Positions 60,002-64,000 of a DNA stretch of 64,000 bases are shown piece after piece. The stretch comes from Abditibacteriaceae bacterium (lineage in GTDB: Bacteria > Armatimonadota > Abditibacteriia > Abditibacteriales > Abditibacteriaceae), in contig OZ255721.1 in assembly GCA_965277285.1 (NCBI GenBank), positions 992,001-1,056,000 of the forward strand. Direction: 5' to 3'. The translations under genes were made by a program, and so were the position numbers. Every line of letters starts with the position of its first letter. The first letter of the stretch is position 1. The notes beneath the pieces are model-generated. The model was not told the origin of the DNA. It was given only the letters and a program-made list of their open reading frames with translations, and made no database searches.

Positions 60002-60199
60002 TCAACCCATTTTGCGTTGTGGGTGATGGCGAATATCGCTGGGCGGCCCTTGACCTGGGACTTGTGCGGTAGTGTCGCCGTTCAAATCTTCGACTTGGTG
60101 CGATTTTTCGCGCAAACTTTGTTCGTGCTCTTGTTGCACTTGCTTGACCGCTTCCAGCGGCGTTTGCTTCTTTTCCTCAGATGCATTTTCTTCGCTCAT
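60002..60199 (-). CDS. Small hydrophilic hypothetical protein
   Basis: AGGAGG RBS before MSEENASEEKK. Confidence 0.65.
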   Translation of the reverse strand: MSEENASEEKKQTPLEAVKQVQQEHEQSLREKSHQVEDLNGDTTAQVPGQGPPSDIRHHPQRKMG

Positions 60200-60382
60200 A
60201 ATGCACCTCCTGAACCACCAACGCGCAAGTGATGTGCCCGACAAAACGTCTTCTCAACGAGAAAGTTGCAGTATGTGGAGAACAATTTCTGAATTTTATT
60301 TGTGTTAATAGGAAACAATTGCGGTGCGCCCGCCGAGCAGAGTTGTTAATGTAAAAAAACGAAAATGGATTTCGAGTACTCG

Positions 60383-61357
60383 ATGCACGCATTGTGGCAG
60401 TGGATATTAGGTCGCTCCGATTTATTCCTCAGCGTTCTGGCGATTGGCGTCAGCACGCTTTTGGTGTGGTGGCTGGTGGCGCGGCAGGCGAATCGAGCGC
60501 GGCAGCGTTTCGATACTTTACTTTCCCTGGCGCACGCCTCAAATGATGCCGAACATGAGATTGCTCTCGCACGGCGCCGCCTGACGACTTTGCGTTTGGT
60601 CGTCAACGCTTGCCGTTACGCGATTGTCATCGGCGCTTTGCTGATGTTTTTGCGGCGCGTTGGCATGCCTCTCGATTCGCTGCTGCTGCCCGCTGGTTTC
60701 ATCGGCGCGGCGCTGGGATTGGGCGCACAAAACCTGGTGCGCGATGTTGTCGCGGGCTTGTTTATCGTGTTTGAAGGACAGCTCGCGGTTGGCGATGTGG
60801 TGTCGGTCGATGGTAAAAACGGCACGGTCGAGGAAGTTGGCTTGCGCGTAACGCATCTGCGTAGCGAAACCGGACACGACTTGTATTTTCCTAACGGAAC
60901 GATCAACGTCGTTGATAAACACCCTCGCCGCGCCACCACGATGATGGTGCGCGTTCCGTTAAGCGACAGCGCCAAGACCGAAGCCGCGCGTCCATTGCTG
61001 TTGTCCGCCCTGAATGAATTCGACCGCGATTATGGAGCGTTCGCCGCGCCGCCCGAACCTGTCGATGACTTGGCCACGCATCGAGTACTCGATAAACCGT
61101 CTCAAGCCGCGAGCGATGCAGAATTTGCCTCCAGCGCACTTTATTTTCGCTTGACGATTTTACCCGAACGCGTGGCGCTGGTGCAAAGCAAACTCGGCGC
61201 GCGCCTGGCCGGAATTTTAGAAGCGCACCAGATACCAAAAAGCGCGAACGCCGAAGTAGAAATCTTCGAGGCGCCCACGCTTTCATCTTCCGCTAAGCCG
61301 TCCGATGCTCGTTCGGCTTCCACTCTCAAAAGCGAAAACACCTCAACCAGTGGATGA
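60383..61357 (+). CDS. MscS family mechanosensitive channel
   Basis: GLGAQNLVRDVVAG, VGDVV, GTVEEVGLRVT, FPNG. Confidence 0.88.
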   Translation: MHALWQWILGRSDLFLSVLAIGVSTLLVWWLVARQANRARQRFDTLLSLAHASNDAEHEIALARRRLTTLRLVVNACRYAIVIGALLMFLRRVGMPLDSLLLPAGFIGAALGLGAQNLVRDVVAGLFIVFEGQLAVGDVVSVDGKNGTVEEVGLRVTHLRSETGHDLYFPNGTINVVDKHPRRATTMMVRVPLSDSAKTEAARPLLLSALNEFDRDYGAFAAPPEPVDDLATHRVLDKPSQAASDAEFASSALYFRLTILPERVALVQSKLGARLAGILEAHQIPKSANAEVEIFEAPTLSSSAKPSDARSASTLKSENTSTSG

Positions 61358-61419
61358 TGTCATTTCGCTTTGAACTCGCTTGAAACGAAGCTCCTACGTT
61401 TCTTTAACAGATCATAAAT

Positions 61420-62553
61420 TCACTTGGTGTTCGGCGTTGTCACATCGGACGGCCAGGTTGGAACCGTGGCCGGAGTTCCGTCCTCGTTGGCGCTCCAAGT
61501 TGCGCCATCGGCCCATTGCGAACTATTTTCTTTCGCGTCGTTAACTACAGTTCCCGCGGCGTTGTTCGCAGGCACGGCACGCGCGTTCGTAGAACTGCTC
61601 GCAGCACGTTGCGTAGCGGAGCGTGCTCCATTCGTGGCGACGCCCATCGTGCTGTAATTGGAGTAATCCACGTTGGGGTCGTAGTAAGTGGGATCGTAGT
61701 AGCCAGCATCAAGTGTTGAGTTCCAATAAGCCGCATTTGGATCTGGCGCGTTGCCGCTCAGACTGGGATCGAAATAGTAGGCACTCGCGGGAAGGCCATA
61801 ATAATTCGTCGTGTTGTAGTTCGTCGTGTTGGATGTGTTGTATGAGTCAGAAGCACTGGCGTAAGGAGGGTAGCCAACGATAGTGACACCACTGGGAACG
61901 TTGGTGATTCGGGGTAACCCATAGGTAGAAAATTGTGGCCCGAAAATGATCGGATAGCCATTGTTAATCGGTGAACCTAAAACGTAGCTGCTCGAGTCGC
62001 CAACAACAGTCACACCATTGCCGATGACAACGACATTGCCGCCATATCCGTAATTTGGATAACCATAACCGCTATATGGTTGGTTATAGCACGGCGTGGA
62101 ATCCGTTCCGCTATTTCCACCGATACCGATATTGATATTGACCGAACCCCCACTGCGCGAGTTTCTCTTTGAATCGCGGCCATTGGAATCATTCCGCCTT
62201 CCAGTGTCAGGCCCGTCAAAATTGGGCTTTTCAAAGTACCGATTTCCAACGCTCGGCATGGCATTATTCGGCATCACACGGTTTGGCACGGCCACGTTGG
62301 GCATGCCAATGTTCGGCGCCGCAACGCTCGGCATGGCAACATTGGCGGCTGCATTATTCGGTGCAACACCGACGATATTTCTCATCGGCGTGCTGTGCGC
62401 CACGGCACTGACGGCGAAGGCGCTAAACGTGAAAGCGCCACCAACAAAGGCACGGCGCACGGACGCGCTCAACGACAGAGAATTAAAACGATGCGACGAA
62501 CGCATATAGCTTTGAATTTTCATGGCAAATCTCTCTTCAATCAACGAAACCAC
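61420..62553 (-). CDS. Secreted low-complexity Tyr/Asn/Gly/Pro-rich protein (start uncertain)
   Basis: Long ORF; signal-like segment; xxPN pentapeptide repeats. Confidence 0.6.
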   Translation of the reverse strand: MVSLIEERFAMKIQSYMRSSHRFNSLSLSASVRRAFVGGAFTFSAFAVSAVAHSTPMRNIVGVAPNNAAANVAMPSVAAPNIGMPNVAVPNRVMPNNAMPSVGNRYFEKPNFDGPDTGRRNDSNGRDSKRNSRSGGSVNINIGIGGNSGTDSTPCYNQPYSGYGYPNYGYGGNVVVIGNGVTVVGDSSSYVLGSPINNGYPIIFGPQFSTYGLPRITNVPSGVTIVGYPPYASASDSYNTSNTTNYNTTNYYGLPASAYYFDPSLSGNAPDPNAAYWNSTLDAGYYDPTYYDPNVDYSNYSTMGVATNGARSATQRAASSSTNARAVPANNAAGTVVNDAKENSSQWADGATWSANEDGTPATVPTWPSDVTTPNTK

Positions 62554-62643
62554 TTGAAACCGTCAAGGCGCGACGAGCGAAAACTTTGCAAGTTCAATCA
62601 AATTTTGAGCTTATCGAGTACTCGATACCGATTGCTGGCAAGT

Positions 62644-63717
62644 TCAGCGTGCGCCCAGCGACAAATTATCGCGATGAACGGCTTCAGGCGCTTTGTCTTC
62701 GCCCAGAATAACGCCGACTTGCGACGAGTGCGCGCCCGCGATGCGCCGCATTTCATCCGCAGAAAAGTTCGTCAGACCGCGCCCGACTTCGCCCAGAGCA
62801 TCACGCAATTCCACTAAATCGCCAGCCTGAAAATCGCCTTCAACGGCGGCAATGCCAATTGGCAACAAGGACGAACCTTTTTCATGCAAAGCGTTTCTGG
62901 CGCGGTCATTGAGTTGAATGACGCCCTGCGGCTTTTGTCCCGCAGCGATCCACGTCTTGCGCGCGCGTGGCGCATTTGCCGCCAGAAAACGCGTGCCAAT
63001 TTCTTCACCGTTCGCCACGCGCAGCAGAACGTTTTCTGCGCGTCCGTGCGCGATCACGAGCTCGATTCCTGCGCCGTTGGCGATGCGCGCGGCCTCGATT
63101 TTGGTGCGCATTCCGCCGGTTCCGCCAACGCTGCCCGCCCCGCCCGCTGCGGCTTCGATTTGCGGCGTGATGGCTTCGATGGTCGCCAGTGGAGTACTCG
63201 AATCGGGCAAATAAAAGCCATCTACATCAGATAGCAACAACACGAGTTGCGCTTCAGCCACCAAAGCCGACAAAGCCGCCAGCGTGTCGTTGTCGCCGAA
63301 GCGAATTTCTTCAGTCGAAACCGTATCGTTTTCGTTGATAATCGGCACCACGTTCCAGCGAAAAAGTTGCGACATCGTATGGCGCGCATTGAGGAAACGC
63401 CGTCGGTCGCCGATGTCCGAACGCGTCAGCAGCAATTGCGCGACGTGCAAATCGTGTTCGGCAAAAGCGCGGCGATAAGAACGCATCAGCAGGCTTTGAC
63501 CAATGGCGGCGGCGGCTTGTTTTTCTGAGAGGCGCACCGCGCGAGAACGACCAATCGTGTCCAAACCCACACGAATCGCGCCGCTGGTCACAATGACAAC
63601 GCGCCACGAATCGCGCAACGCGTGAACTTGTCGCGCCAACTCGCTCAAGAACGCGTCGTCGACCGCTCCTTTACGCGCCAGAGTACTCGTGCCAATTTTG
63701 ACGACCAGTGTTTTCAT
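62644..63717 (-). CDS. proB: Glutamate 5-kinase
   Basis: VVKIGTS, INENDTV, FGDNDTL, GTGGM.TK, PUA domain. Confidence 0.95.
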   Translation of the reverse strand: MKTLVVKIGTSTLARKGAVDDAFLSELARQVHALRDSWRVVIVTSGAIRVGLDTIGRSRAVRLSEKQAAAAIGQSLLMRSYRRAFAEHDLHVAQLLLTRSDIGDRRRFLNARHTMSQLFRWNVVPIINENDTVSTEEIRFGDNDTLAALSALVAEAQLVLLLSDVDGFYLPDSSTPLATIEAITPQIEAAAGGAGSVGGTGGMRTKIEAARIANGAGIELVIAHGRAENVLLRVANGEEIGTRFLAANAPRARKTWIAAGQKPQGVIQLNDRARNALHEKGSSLLPIGIAAVEGDFQAGDLVELRDALGEVGRGLTNFSADEMRRIAGAHSSQVGVILGEDKAPEAVHRDNLSLGAR

Positions 63718-63771
63718 GCGCCTTTTGCTTTTGCCTGATGTTGGCCAACTTGAATGAAGATAACGGATAAG

Positions 63772-64000
63772 TCACGCAATTTTTGGTTGCGCTGTGTTTT
63801 GCTCAATATCTCCTAAAAAGGACGCGGCGGCCTGCAAAACTTCTTCTGGTGGAATGCCACGCAGACAACGCGCCCCTTCAATATCGCACGGTGTTTCCGG
63901 CCCCGCGAGAGTACAGGGACAAGGGCGACGCAGCACGCGGTGATTAGGCGAAGACGGTTGCCAGACACGATCATCGGTCGGGCCGAACAAGCACACAATG
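63772..64000 (-). CDS. C-terminal fragment of a family 9 glycosyltransferase (runs off the window)
   Basis: CLFGPT..W.P, C..C, CLRGI.PEEV. Confidence 0.7.
   Translation of the reverse strand, partial: IVCLFGPTDDRVWQPSSPNHRVLRRPCPCTLAGPETPCDIEGARCLRGIPPEEVLQAAASFLGDIEQNTAQPKIA

Overview
Bacterial chromosomal window, about 55% GC by eye. Gene style suggests Abditibacteriota/Armatimonadota, but that is inference. It holds about 55 CDS: a nitrite-assimilation pair (nirA plus a CysJ-like flavoprotein), LPS core genes (GT9, heptose kinase, an HldC-KdsB fusion), dapF, xerD, tyrS, an endonuclease III homologue, topoisomerase IB, RusA, a HerA-like ATPase, an msrB/cytochrome b/Mo-oxidoreductase cluster and proB, plus one tRNA-Phe(GAA). 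The dominant signal is a highly iterated 12-bp palindrome, TCGAGTACTCGA. I counted about 51 perfect copies by eye and about 20 near-copies, roughly one per kb. They lie between genes and inside genes in all three frames (peptides xEYS, SSTR, RVL), like cyanobacterial HIP1 but longer and different in sequence. At least three REP/REPIN-like inverted-repeat families are also present, with a degenerate RAYT-like transposase. Other oddities: an in-frame repeat-derived insertion in XerD, a sigma factor fused to a nitrate-cluster domain, an antitoxin-PIN fusion, and two disrupted genes. All calls rest on motif recognition by eye; no searches were run and counts are manual.
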